NCBI GenBank assembly: GCA_024137785.1
Contig: JAHRHZ010000065.1
Span: forward strand, 24,604,911 to 24,668,910
Source of the DNA: Ginglymostoma cirratum
Lineage: Eukaryota
DNA: 64,000 nucleotides
Direction: 5' to 3'
Positions 28,160 to 40,503 of this stretch are shown piece after piece. The position numbers and the translations under genes were made by a program. How positions within the stretch are numbered: position 1 is the stretch's first letter; every line of letters starts with the position of its first letter. Below the pieces are notes generated by a model. That model searched no databases and had not been told where the DNA came from. It saw nothing but the letters and a program-made list of their open reading frames with translations.

Positions 28160-28810
28160 GGTCTAAATGACATCCCCCTTATTTTTAAATTCTGCCACCT
28201 GTTTCTAGACTCCCCATCCAGGAGGAAGCATCTTAACCAACATCTATCATGTCGATCCTTTTAAATACTTTGTAAGTTACAACGAAATCACCTCTCATTC
28301 TTCAAAACCGATAGAGAATGCAGGCTTAGTTTGCCCAATCTCTCTTCAGTGGACAGTCCCACCATCCCGGGAACAATTCTGGTGAACCTTTATTACACTC
28401 ACTCCTTGGTAATGATATCTTTCCTGAAATAAGACCAAAATTTCAAACAGTATCCCAGGGTACAGTCTAACCAAGCTCCTATACAATTGAAGTAAGACTT
28501 CAGTATTCACATACTCAAATCCTTTTGCTACAAAGGAAAAAAATCCCATTAGTCTTCCCAATAGTTTGCTACCCCTGCATGTTAGCCTTCAGTGACTGAT
28601 CAACAAGGGCACCCAATCCCTTTGCACATTTACACTTTCCACCCAGTCACCATTTTAAAAACTACACTGCTGCGTCCTTCCAACCAAAGTGGATAATCTC
28701 ACATTTTTCCATCCGCCATGTTCTTGTCCAATCATTAAGCCTATCCAAATCCTCCTGAAAAAGTTTTACATCTTCGTCACAACACACATTCCCGTTTAGC
28801 TTTCAAATCA
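28160..28810 (-). mobile_element. CR1 LINE fragment
   Basis: VAKGFEYVNTEVLLQLYRSLVRL. Confidence 0.8.
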
Positions 28811-29224
28811 TTGTTTTATTGCAAATTTTGGGAAGAGTTTGTTTATTTCCTAATGAAAAGATAGTAAGAAATAGTGGCAACATCATACAGGGAAGAATAT
28901 GAAGATGGTTTTACCATTTAATTGCTGTGATTATTTACAAGCAACAGGTATCACCCAATCACCCACTGTTAAAACAGTTTTTACATTTAAGCTTTGGTCG
29001 GCCTATATTTTTATTTTTCCATAATCATAAGTCATGGATAAAAAGGGATTTTCTTCCTTTTCAAATCCAGTGGATCTTTTGTCCTCTGACAATGACAGGG
29101 TAATAATTGATTGTCGCATCAGAAGGTAGATGTAAAAATATTCACAATGACCATATGATTTATAAAAAGCAGGACACTTGACAGCGTCAGAAGTTGATTT
29201 CTCTTTGAGGGTCACAAGATGAAT

Positions 29225-29243
29225 TGCACCATCTAGTGGTGCA
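29225..29243 (-). promoter_or_regulatory. CTCF-binding-site-like motif
   Basis: Minus strand reads CCACTAGATGGTGC, close to the CTCF core consensus, in non-repeat DNA. Confidence 0.5.
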
Positions 29244-32200
29244 CAAGATGAGCAACAAGATACTTATTAATATTTCATCTCAAACCTTTACTCTGTACCA
29301 CAGCACCCCATCACAAAAAGAGATACAGAGGTCTAAAATGTCAGCCAAAGTTTAAGGACCTCTGCATTAGCACTTGAGCTTTGGTAAATAAATCTTTTTT
29401 TTCCACTGGCAGATCACTGAAATGTGTTTGCATTATTTTTATTATTTAAAAAAGCTAAGCCGGAAAAGAGTTGATGCAACACAACACAGTTTTTCAAATG
29501 AAACTCTAATATGAACTTGCACATTTAAACAGGTCTTAAACAGTTAAATGTAAATTGCAACATAGTAAAATATTAAAAAAACAAAGACAATCATAGTTAC
29601 GGATGCTGTTGAACAAAAAACATCAATTGCTCAAAAATGTGAATACATTGAAAGTGATCTCTCAAAACTGCATAAAAAACAGTTAATAGAGTATGGTACA
29701 TGAGCTAATGTAAAATAAAATTTCTATAACTTGGACGGTAAGAGGTTAATCACCTTTTGATAAAATGGGTGGAATCTTATAGGGGCCTGAAAGACGTGGG
29801 CAATGGTGAGGAATCTGGTAGAATCATGCAAAACTGCCAGAGACCTTTCTCGACAACAGGAACAACTCACGGCATCCTTTAAATATCTTCTGGCCTTGAA
29901 GCGAGATTCTTGCTAGATATTGGTGAGTTGCCATTATTCCCTGTTAATGACCGTATTAATGGCAGTTCTTCCCTCATTATCATACCATGAGCAAACTGGA
30001 CACGAGAATTCCTGACATGGAATTCATTATAGACACGTGGAGACTTCATCTTGCCAGTTGCTCCAAAGGACCTCCATGTTTGGCGACCAGGCAACCACAT
30101 GATTTATGTTCCATAGGCACAAGTCACATGCACCCCATATCCGCAGGCATTGATATTTGACATGTGCCAACCTTTAAGTACCTTCATGACACATCTGCAA
30201 TCTACTTATAGGTTGTTACTGCACTTCAGTGCTGCACCTTGGGCTGTAATGGCAGCTATCGTTGTAACAGTGCAGGAAGGACACTCTTGCATTCAGGGAT
30301 ATGCACTCAGCTCATGGTCTGGATCAGGCTGGTTCTATGGGCAGTTTGCTACCTCTCTTTGTGCTGACCCACTTTAGTCTATCAGGATGCTCATAGCATC
30401 CCTGCCTTGCCTTCCCTTTTGATGTCTTTCCCCTCAGCCAGAGGTTCAGAGTACTACTGTATTGCCATGACATTGTCATGTTTCTTGGTAATTTTCCCTT
30501 CTCTGTCATGTCATGGGTCAAATACCAGGAACACTGAAGGGTAGCTCTGGACTAACAATGCTTCTCTGAGTGCACAATGGCCTTAAAAATATGGTGTTGG
30601 TGCCAGGAGTGGCAGTCTATTCCATGATTTGCAGGCGGTGGCATGCTGTCCAAGGTTATGGTGAGTGGTAAATTGTGACTAGAATCAGATAACGGGAGCA
30701 TTATAGGACTATGGTAGGTGGTTAATGAGATGCGTTTAGTCAGACATGGTGAGAAAACTTGCTAAGCTTCATGGAGAGAAACATTTCATGAAATTCAATA
30801 AAGCTCACGCTTAGCCAAACAAAAAAATGAAATTTAGTGCTATGTTCCATTTGGTGTTGAGCCTAAAATAGCAGAACAGTTATCAAATTACTACCAGCTA
30901 ATTGTTTGGGTCAACTCTGAACAATGAGATTCCGAGCAATGACCTCCAACAACCTCGGAGATCGGTGTGGCAAATAAGCTACAGGAAGAGGAATGCTTGT
31001 TAAAACTAAAAGGTGTTAAAAAAACAATTAAGTGTATAGAGTAGCAATTCTAAAGTTACTCAATTAATAAATTAAATAAAATACAATATGGTATATGTCA
31101 GGACAGGTGATGTGTTGCTGCTGCACATGTGGGTGCTGCTGGACATCAAGGGCCAGTAATAAATGTTTGCAGCTTGAGGAACATTGGATCTGAGTTGAGG
31201 AATTCAAGCAGAGCTGTAGACATCGTGCCACAACAGGGAGAGGGCAAGTTACTCGTACACTATGCTTTTGGAAGGGAGTGGTCACATTCCTTACATGATC
31301 TGTGGGGGGGTGCAGTCACATTCCTTTTATTGGGTCATTTCAATTTGGTCTATGATCAGGCATGATCTCATTGGATAGCGCGGAAGATTTGATGGACCAA
31401 AACACCTATTTCTGCCCCCATGTCTTAACGTATCATAGTGTCAGCAACTGACTATGGGCCAAGTGGGAACTACTATCATTTCAAAGTCTATTTACCATAT
31501 AGTGAAGTAGTCACTGAGCATTAGGGAAACATTAATTCAGATGTTTCCAATTTTTTGTTTAAAGAGTCTTGTGCATCTTAGTTCTTAACTTACACTGCAG
31601 GATGCCAAAGTGATTATTTCTCGATAGTGTACAGTACAGAATGCTGAAATAGCACAGATATCAACCAAAGTGCATGAACGATTTAGGATGGGATCCAAAG
31701 CACAACCCACAGATTTCCTGAATAAATGGAGATTTTGTTTTTGAGAAACCAAAATCTCAACTTATTCCAACCCATTTCCCTCTGTACGTTTCTAACTATT
31801 AATGAAGCAACCTCATCTGTTGAAAACTTATTCAGAATTTTTAGATATTGGATTACTTCATGAAATCACATGATCATTGTAACAGAGGAAGCGATTTATG
31901 CCTTGTAACTAGATCTCTTGAGAACTAATGGCAACAAAGATGTTTTATTGCTGAGCTCAAATAAAATTTTCTGTCATAAAGCCTCAGTAATAGAACTTTC
32001 CTACATTTAAGCAGCTGGTAGGCTAACATTTCTGGTTCCTGACATTCTAGCAATTTAATCATAAATTACAATTCAATCACAACTTTTCAAACAAATTGCA
32101 TTTTTACGCATAGAATGTTAATCATTCATCAGACAAATATGATTCACATAACAGCCTCACTTCTGTGAATGAGGCAATTGTTAGTACATGATGTTTATAA

Positions 32201-32689
32201 AAAAAAATTTGGGGACTTTCTACACACATAATAAGACGAGTCAGCTGCTTTTATTAACGATTTAGAAATCAGAATTCAACAGTCGTTTTAGTTGCTGTGA
32301 GGCAGAAAAAAATTTTCAAGTTAAAAAAAAGCCGCTTAGATTCATAAAATTATTTAAGAGATAATGCATAGATTTTCAATGATAATCTACAGCCATCAGT
32401 AAAGATAACAATACTGCTGTTAACACAACGGTAACTCTTCTTTTAAAATTGAGTCCTCTTGGAGAACTTAAGACTTCCAGTTTCGAAGCTGCAAAAAGAA
32501 AGATTAAGCTGGTATGAAAACAGTAGACACTTATGTAAGTTCATCTATAAATCAATGCACAATAAACAAGTTCTAGAGATAAATCACCAGGCAGTGATTA
32601 CCTTGCATCAGAAGACATCATTAAAAGCACTTCAATTTTTAATGATTCATCCTTTCTCCTTAGCAAAAAATAGTTACTACAGGATCAAT

Positions 32690-33425
32690 TTTTAATCACT
32701 GATGCTGTTTGTAGGAGATCACGATTGGCCATGCTCAACCGCTATCCTCACACACTATGGAGATACTCTGCGACATCCATCATCCAACTATGTCCAGTTT
32801 GACCCTTCATTTTGCTGTCCTCTCTCTTCCCTCTAAAAGAGAGCCCTGAAACTTTTCCGATCAGTTGGCTGATATTCTGATATTTACATTTCTGGCTGTG
32901 ACTCGAGAGTTCTTTTTGCTCTTGCAGTTTTCAATACCGCTACATATTTCTTTCTCCATAAATGGACTTTTTAACATATGTGTCAGCATCCAAATTTCAA
33001 AGTCTTCAATTTCCATCCAAAGATCTTTATTTATTGTCTGGGTTTCTAAGGCATATTAGAAAATGGAAAGTATGTAATGTCTCTTTTTGCCTTGTTGCAA
33101 GCTTCAGCTTTCTTGTTAAATTTTTTTTTCACAAAATTACTTCTAGCTATCTCTATCCTCCTAACTTCTACATCACACCCACCAACTTCTGTTATCATTT
33201 TTCTAAATGGACAGATCTACTTGTTCCAGTGGGACACCATTCAGTTCAATCTAGTTTCTTTTAATACACTCCTTCCAACAACCATTGATTTTGTCTTTTT
33301 GGTGATCTCATTCAACTGGTATTCCAAACTTCTAGATATTACATGATATTTGAAGGGTTTCGTCTGATTCTGCAGGCAGTCAGCATTCCACAAGTTTGTT
33401 ATGCCCTTCCTCCAATTGTTACCCC
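32690..33425 (-). mobile_element. Degenerate RTE LINE, 3' part
   Basis: KKTKSMVV, LEQV, GGCDVEVRRIEIARSNF, TINK..IEDFEIWML, LLEGR. Confidence 0.7.
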
Positions 33426-34169
33426 TGAAATTACATTTAATTCTCAATATTGACCTGGGTTTTCGACTGGCTAGACAGACATTATTCCAGTCTAGATTGG
33501 AGTTCTGCATGGGGATCTTGTGGAATCCTCATCATAGCAGATTCCAAAGGAATTTCCAAGAAAATTGAATATTCCACTGGGCAGTTCCCTAACACTTGGA
33601 ACCCTCCGAAAGTCTCCATTTAAATCAGAGGCTTTAGATGGTTCAGATGAAATTGCGTAAACTACTTATTCAGGAAAGGCTAGACTATTAAATACATAAT
33701 CTAACTCCTGAGTTCACTGTTCAATAGATCCCATACTTACCTCACACACCTCTCCAAGTACAACATCCCCAGATCCCTTACACATCCCAGGACTCTGACT
33801 TGACACTCTACCGGGATCTCCCACTTTGACAGCAGCCCTGACAGCATTTCCTCACCCAACCAGGCCTCATCCAAACCGTTGCAGCCAGACCCTGGCCGAT
33901 ACAACACTCCCCTCCCCCTAATGCCAGGCCAAAAATGACCCCTTCCTGGTATAAACCTCCCCCCCAACAGACTGAGCCCCCACAGACCGACCCAGCCCGA
34001 TACCCCTTCCCAACTTCCATTGGAACCACTGGACCAGATGCAAGCCCTACCTTTGCCACTGGCCCAACAACACTCTCTCATAGGATCCAGCCTGGCAACA
34101 GTCTATTTCTTGATCTGAGAACTATTTTTGTTCTGATTCCTCAATCCTGGGGCATTCATTCTTATTCTT

Positions 34170-34660
34170 AATTTAAGAGCAAATACCTCTCTGATAATTA
34201 AATTCTTCAACACATCGAGGTCTACTGTAAATTGTCACACATGTTTCTCTTTTTAGGAAATTAATTTTCAGTTTAATTTTTGCCAAAAAGAGAAAATGAT
34301 CTGAATTGATATTTGTGCCACAGTACATGCGTTCTTTATATTCTTTCTGAAACATTGTTTCACAATCGTATAATCTAAATGATTTCTCTAGACAGTGTCT
34401 TTTTTCAAATACAGGTTTCCCAAATCTTTCCCAATAATATTTTCCAATTCTTCCTGTAAATAAACAAGCAACCCACTTGCCTGAAACAGGCCATTTGAAA
34501 ACGCAAGCTAAGGCCCCTACAGTGTTGTATAACAATTTTGATGTACATATGGAAAGACCACGTACATTTCATCCATCTGTACAAGGCATTGACCATTGAG
34601 CTGAAGTAAAATTTTACCATCCTCTTAGATGGGGTGAGATGGGCTCAACAGCAATTCAAT
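34170..34660 (-). mobile_element. Degenerate RTE endonuclease fragment
   Basis: GRIGKY, YCGTNINSDHFLFLAKIKLK. Confidence 0.6.
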
Positions 34661-34791
34661 CCTTGCGGCCCATCAGCAGCAAGTAAATGAATCTGAAGCT
34701 TCAAAATGGCATGGATTCCTCACTGGCAGAAACAGACAGGCTGCTTTACCAATTCAGTGACAATTATGGACCATAGTCAAAGACCACTTAC

Positions 34792-34828
34792 TGCATATTT
34801 AAGTAATTCACTCTGTCCTTAAATTGAC
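34792..34828 (-). CDS. Candidate small exon C2 after CARD2
   Basis: ctcctaatgtttaag|37 nt|gtaagt, 144 nt after B2 (mirrors the 145-nt intron after B1). Phase 1 reads GQFKDRVNYLNM; phase 0 reads VNLRTE*. Confidence 0.35.
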
Positions 34829-34972
34829 CTTAAACATTAGGAGATGGCTAATCACTTTCTTGTTAAAATATTTGGTCTCTGCCAACATAACACATTTTTA
34901 TCTTTTACTGAACTTATCTAAGAAAATGGGACTGTTCAGAAGTTTTCATGTTTTATCTTGTAAAAAGATTAC

Positions 34973-35125
34973 TTCTTTTACAGTGCTTGGTAATTCCATG
35001 TATCCCAGTGGATTCCGCTTCTTGTAGGCAGCGTAGAAGAAACTACAAGCTTCTTCTCCCTTATTCACCAATCCATTTAGCAGGTCAGTAACCCGAAGAT
35101 GCAAGTCATGGCCATCATTTAAAAA
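34973..35125 (-). CDS. CARD19: CARD19-like exon B2 (second half of CARD2)
   Basis: ctttttactccatag|153 nt|gtaatc. Encodes FLNDGHDLHLRVTDLLNGLVNKGEEACSFFYAAYKKRNPLGYMELPSTVKE. Shares the R-x3-LL-x2-L, KGEE-x-C-x2-F and LPS motifs with B1. Confidence 0.88.
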
Positions 35126-37104
35126 CTATGGAGTAAAAAGATTTCATGACGACAATCATATGGAATATCAGGAAAATGTGCATTAACTCATCCGAATAAA
35201 ACTTTTTAACTCTGCAAAATATATTCTTTGCTTTACTGACACAAAACAATGTTAAACGTACAAAGTAAAAAGTCATTAGTGCTTGATTCGTGCCTTTCGC
35301 CTCCTGAAAACAAATTGTGTGGGAGGAGATGCAAGTGCAAATTCATCTATTCTTGCTGGATGTATAACGTTTGTTGATATCTCATATTGAGTCACCACCC
35401 AGTCCAGATTCCACTGAACAATGAGCTAGGTCAAAAAGAAATACATCTTACTGTTCACGCGTACGGCATGTGTTTCACAGAACACTTCTGTAAATTGGTT
35501 CTTAATTCACATAAGCCACAAAAAAACACAAAAGCATCCAATCATGCCTTCATCCTGATAAAGATGCTGGTCATTACCTTTTGTACCATCATACAGTCAT
35601 ACAGCACGGAAACAGACCCTTTGGTCCAACCAATCCTTGCCGAACATACAGTAATCCCAAACTAAACTAGGCCTATGTTGTTCTCAAGTATTTCATTTTT
35701 ATTTCCCCCCCAGTGGCTATGAAATGAGAGGCATGATGTTTGTTTAGTGAACAGGCCAAGCATTTTCACAAAGATCCTAACTAAACACAAAGGTCTTTGT
35801 TCAATCAGAAAAGGACATATGATTTTGTTAATCCAATGCAATGACTTACTCACTTAACTGCCATGGTAGGTCTGCCATATCTAATATAAACTAGTGTGGC
35901 CCTGTTGGCATTTTACCGACCAAGTGCACTTTGCTTTAACCAAACCGTGTAACAAACTGTAGTGCAGAAAAACATTGGTTAACAGTATGGGTTTTTTTTG
36001 GACAATCTTGTCTATACTAAAAAGAAGTTCAAAAGCAGCAAAACACCAATTGGCCTGTGTTAAGTACACATGAAACCGAACTTTTTCTGTGGTCAGAAAG
36101 GTGTTCACGGGAAAATTCTTGGAAATATGGATGCACAGTTGGAAAGAAAAAGAAATAGTCCAGGAGTTTATAAACAGGAAAACCTTATTTATCATTTTAC
36201 ATTACTCTAAGGATGGAAATATTAGCACTCATAATATTTGGATACTTGTAAATAAACTTTCCCAGTGGATCAGCTAGTTTATCCTGTGCAAACATAAGTC
36301 ATTCAACTGAGAAAATTCCAAATTTATGCCCAATTTGTACTGAGTTAACAGATCTTAACTTTGCACTGTAGATTAGTCCATGCACGCTCAATGTGATCAA
36401 TGGCACGTTCTTGGGATTTTGGAAAGTGGGAGAGATACATTAGAGAAATGTTGGACTACAGAATAATGGAATCTGAGAGAACTGGAGTATTATGATCATT
36501 AACAGTAGTAGGAGTTAGAACTGGTGAGATGAGCAGGTACTGCAGAATCTGAGGCCTGGCAATTTTTCTGATCCATGTGCCACAAGGGAATTCCTTCATT
36601 AATTCCTTACCTGCAATCCACTCTCCCAAGTTATACAAGAATGCTTTTTCAAGTTTCTCAATTTGACAGTCAGAGGCTCCTGGGTCAAGTCAACACGGAG
36701 GTAGATGGTAATCATGAAAGCTTCCCAGATTCCTACTACAGTTTGTAATTCCAGAAATCTCAAAGAATATTGAAAACATTTCTTGCCACCCGCACCACCC
36801 ATTCGGCACTCCCAGGCCACTAGCAATTCCTTTTTCTTTCATCTGGAACTTGTACATGACAATGCTTGGACAGTGTCCACACCATGATCATTTCGTCCAA
36901 CAGTTATTTCCACCTACAGTACATGGAATTGGGCAGCAATTTTTCATTCTGTCTACCTTTGATCCAATGAGAACATAACTGGAATTGACTATAAAATCTA
37001 GTCATCATAGTCCACTTGTATTTGGTCTATGCTTTAGTTAAAAGATGCAATACTCCTAGCCTTAATGTTGAGCAAGCTGTTGATGTCAATTCACCCATTT
37101 AAGG

Positions 37105-37397
37105 GGTGGCATGGTGGCTCAGTGGTTAGCACTGCTGCTTCACAGAGCCAGGGCTGGGTTCAATTCCACCCTCGGCCAACTGTCTGTGTGGAGTTTGCAC
37201 ATTCTCTCCATCTCTGCGTGGGTTTCTTCCTGGTGCTCCGGTTTCCTCCCACAGTCCAAAGATGTGCAGTGTATTTGGGTCGGCCATGCTAAATTGCCTG
37301 TATTGTTCAGGGATGTGTAGATTAGGTGGGTTATAGGGGGATGGGTCAGGGTGGGATGCTCTGAGGGTCGGTGTGGACTTGTTGGGATTCTATGATT
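37105..37397 (+). mobile_element. HE1-like V-SINE
   Basis: tggctcagtggttagcactgctg, ggttcaattcc, ctccggtttcctcccacagtccaaagatgtgc. Confidence 0.88.
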
Positions 37398-37681
37398 TTA
37401 TAAAGACATATATGGCTCTTTTCAGGCTGAGCTGCTTTTTAAAAGTGCTTACTTTACCGTAGTTCAGTTCCTGGCTCATAACCCGTGCAAGACAATTTGC
37501 CCTACATTGAGTATTGTGCGAGAGCACACAGAGATGGGTAACTGGATTACTGAGCAAGGAAGAGGAAATGAAAGTGTAATGTTACTCCCATTACGAACAC
37601 TGTATCTCCTTACCTTCTGTGACCAGTAACACAGGAAATACACTAGTCAAAAAAGACCATTAGTTAAGTAAAGTTCTGTAC

Positions 37682-37813
37682 TTTCTCAGCCTCTGATCTA
37701 TTAAGTACTGGTGGGTTGTGGTTTCGAAGTTCATTTATCACTTGAAGCAAGTTTTCCTCACTGAGATGCCTATCATTAGTAAAGTGTAAATGATCTTCTT
37801 TTAACTTTTTTTT
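37682..37813 (-). CDS. CARD19: CARD19-like exon A2 (first half of CARD2)
   Basis: tctgtag|132 nt|gtacag. Encodes KKKLKEDHLHFTNDRHLSEENLLQVINELRNHNPPVLNRSEAEK. 21/44 identical to exon A1 and ends in EAEK, like the recalled human exon. Confidence 0.85.
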
Positions 37814-38170
37814 CTACAGATGTCGAAATAAAGGACAATGAGTTACATGGAGCAATGTAACATCACAAAATGTTACCATCCAAAGATATTTAATTTGACA
37901 TTTCAAGTTGAGGAGACCCAGAGGGGAACAGTGTTACATTCATAGTCTTTAGTATGTACATTTTTTAAATGTCTGAACAGACGTCTTCCCAAGCACTGTA
38001 GGGCATAACCATGAAGTGTCATTAATGAATTCATATCCTTAATATTTTCTGTTTCTCTCTTGAAAATATTTGATTAACACATTTCATAGCAAATTAACAC
38101 ATTTTACTTGTCAACACAGAGTGATTATTAATCATGAAATATGGCCATTGCACATGCTCAAATGCAGCCA

Positions 38171-39333
38171 GTGATGTCATTGGGTACTCCATAGTTAGGG
38201 GGACAGATAGGAGATTCTGTGGGAACGAGAGAGGCTCGCGGTTGGTGTGTTGCCTCCCAGGTGCCAGGGTCCGTGATGTCTCAGATCGTGTTTTTGGGAT
38301 CCTTAAGGGGGAGGGGGAGCAGCCCCAAGTCGTGGTCCACATAGACACCAACGACTTAGATAGGAAAAGGGATGGGGATGTAAGGCAGAAATTCAAGGAG
38401 CTAGGGTGGAAGCTTAGAGCTAGAACAAGCAAAGTTGTTATCTCTGGTTTGTTACCCGTGTCACATGCTAGCGAAGCGAGGAATAGGGAGAGAGAGCAGT
38501 TGAACACGTGGCGACAGGGATGGTGCAGGAGGGAGGGATTCAGATACCTGGATATTTGGGGCTCATTCTGGGGTAGGTGGGACTACAAACAGGATGGTCT
38601 ACACCTGAACCAGAGGGGTACCAATATCCTGGGTGGGAAATTTGCTAATGCTTTTCAGGAGGGTTTAAACTAATTCAGCAGTGGGGTGGGAACCTGAATT
38701 GTAGCTCCAGTGAACAGGAGGTTGAGAGTAGTGAGGTCATGAATAAGGTTTCAAGGTCGCAGGAGTGTACCGGCAGGCAGGAAGGTGGTTTGAAGTGTGT
38801 CTACTTCAACACCAGGAGCATCTGGAATAAGGTGGGTGAACTTGCAGCATGGGTTGGTACCTGGGACTTTGATGTTGTGGCCATTTTGGAGACATGGATA
38901 GAGCAGGGACAGGAATGGTTGTTGCAGGTTCTGGGGTTTAGATGTTTCAGTAAGATCAGGGAAGGTGGTAAAAGAGGGGGAGGTGTGGCATTGTTAGTCA
39001 AGGACAGTATTACGGTGGCAAAAAGGACGTTTGATGAGGACTTGTCTACTGAGGTAGTATGGGCTGAGGTTAGAAACAGGAAAGGAGAGGTCACCCTGTT
39101 GGGAGTTTTCTACAGGCCTCCAAAAAGTTCCAGAGATGTAAAGGAAAGGATTGCAAAGCTGATTCTGGATAGAAGCGAAAGTAACAGGGTAGTTGTTATG
39201 GGGGACTTTAACTTTGCAAATATTGACTGGAAACGCTATAGTTCGAGTACTTTAGACGGGTCAGTTTTTGTCCAACGTGTGCAGGAGGGTTTCCTGACAC
39301 AGTATGTAGATAGGCCAACAAGAGGCGAGGCAA
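38171..39333 (+). mobile_element. CR1 LINE 5' fragment: ORF1 SGNH esterase + ORF2 APE endonuclease
   Basis: VIGYSIVRG..CCLPGARVRD..HIDTND..DGLHLN (esterase), then VYFNTRSI..ETW..GGGVAL..YRPP..MGDFN (APE). Both frames are open. Confidence 0.9.
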
Positions 39334-39944
39334 CAGCCATCATCTCACTGAATGGCAGAACAGGCTCAATGGGCCGAATGGCCTACTCCTGCTCCTACAT
39401 CTTATGGACATGGCAAAATGACTTGGAATTTCTTGAAACAGCATCACCAGTAAGTTAAACCAAACTTCATAACAGTTTTTACATCTAACTTGCTAGCTGG
39501 ATCCTCAGTTAAAACTTTCTATCACTCTCATTAACATACACCAGAATTTAAAACTCAGTGGAATCTCTTGTGGTTTGAAGGAAAGCATACGACTTACTGT
39601 ATCCTCCTTCTTTAAATCCATCTTTACGTATTAAAATTAAATTTTGTAGCTGTCAAACAGTGCCTTATGAACATTAAGCAAAGCATATTTAAGAAATCTA
39701 ATTATGGAAGCTCTACACTTTTACATAATATTTTCATAAATATGAGAAGATACAAAAAAGTAGACAGCAAGTCCGAGTGACAAAAAACCAACAATTTAAA
39801 CAAAAAAAAAGACTATAAAGCACAAAAAAATGTGACTGCATTTGGTCTCACTGCACCTAATATTTTGAGTATAAATTTAAATTTAGAACTTGTATAAGTG
39901 CAGGAAACACTTATTCGCTTGTCCTCTGCAGGAAGAAGGCCTAC

Positions 39945-39996
39945 ATCGATGCATGGTTTTTAAATTGTTGGCAGAGGAATCACTGCATAAAAGGTT
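39945..39996 (-). CDS. Candidate linker or alternative first coding exon D1
   Basis: Strong acceptor cttgtcttccacag, 52 nt, donor gtaggc. Phase 0 to 1, NLLCSDSSANNLKTMHR. Contains an accATG near its 3' end. Confidence 0.35.
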
Positions 39997-40275
39997 CTGT
40001 GGAAGACAAGTCATAACAAATTATTTAACTGTGAAGTTATTGCACTTGTTGCACTGAAAATCAGTATTAAGCCACTGTTCCAATGCATGCTTTGTGGAAA
40101 TACCAATTATGAATTGATGCTACAGACTGAAAAGCCTATGAGAGACAATGCAGTCTAATATATACTTTTAAACACAATTGACAAAGCAAAGGACTAATCA
40201 GTGTGATTGTTGGAAATGCACAGAAATTGTGTCAAACTACCATGAAGTTACAAACTCCCAAACAAAAGCACAGAC

Positions 40276-40358
40276 TCTAGTATCTTCTTTATGCAGAGCT
40301 TGACATTTCTCTTCAATCTTTGTTGAGTTTTGCTTATTGGCATAATTAAATTCATTAC
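40276..40358 (-). CDS. Candidate linker exon C1 after CARD1
   Basis: Acceptor tcattgcag follows a 145-nt intron. The phase-1 frame is open (GNEFNYANKQNSTKIEEKCQALHKEDTR). Donor uncertain: gtctgt at 40275 or gtaact at 40251, both phase 0. Confidence 0.5.
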
Positions 40359-40503
40359 CTGCAATGACATTGAATGAGCAGTAAATATTTTATCTTTAAT
40401 CCTCACAATTTTCAAATATAATTGATAACAACACACAATAAATCACAGCCACCTAGAGTGTGTTAAAAATAAATTGTTTCTTATTTGCGATTAAGAGATT
40501 TAC

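Noticed and set aside
29003-29215. Minus ORF with CEYFYIYL resembling the CARD C-x2-FY motif
   Set aside because: Lacks R-x3-LL, KGEE and LPS, and has no splice sites at the expected positions.
33735-34092. Perfect donor (ag|gtaagt) and 114-aa ORF on the minus strand
   Set aside because: Lies in a C-rich, repeat-like insert between two RTE fragments; the peptide is low-complexity.
36599-36826. Strong donor cag|gtaagg with a 75-aa ORF inside the A2-B2 intron
   Set aside because: Would split the CARD2 domain; no good acceptor; probably an old repeat.
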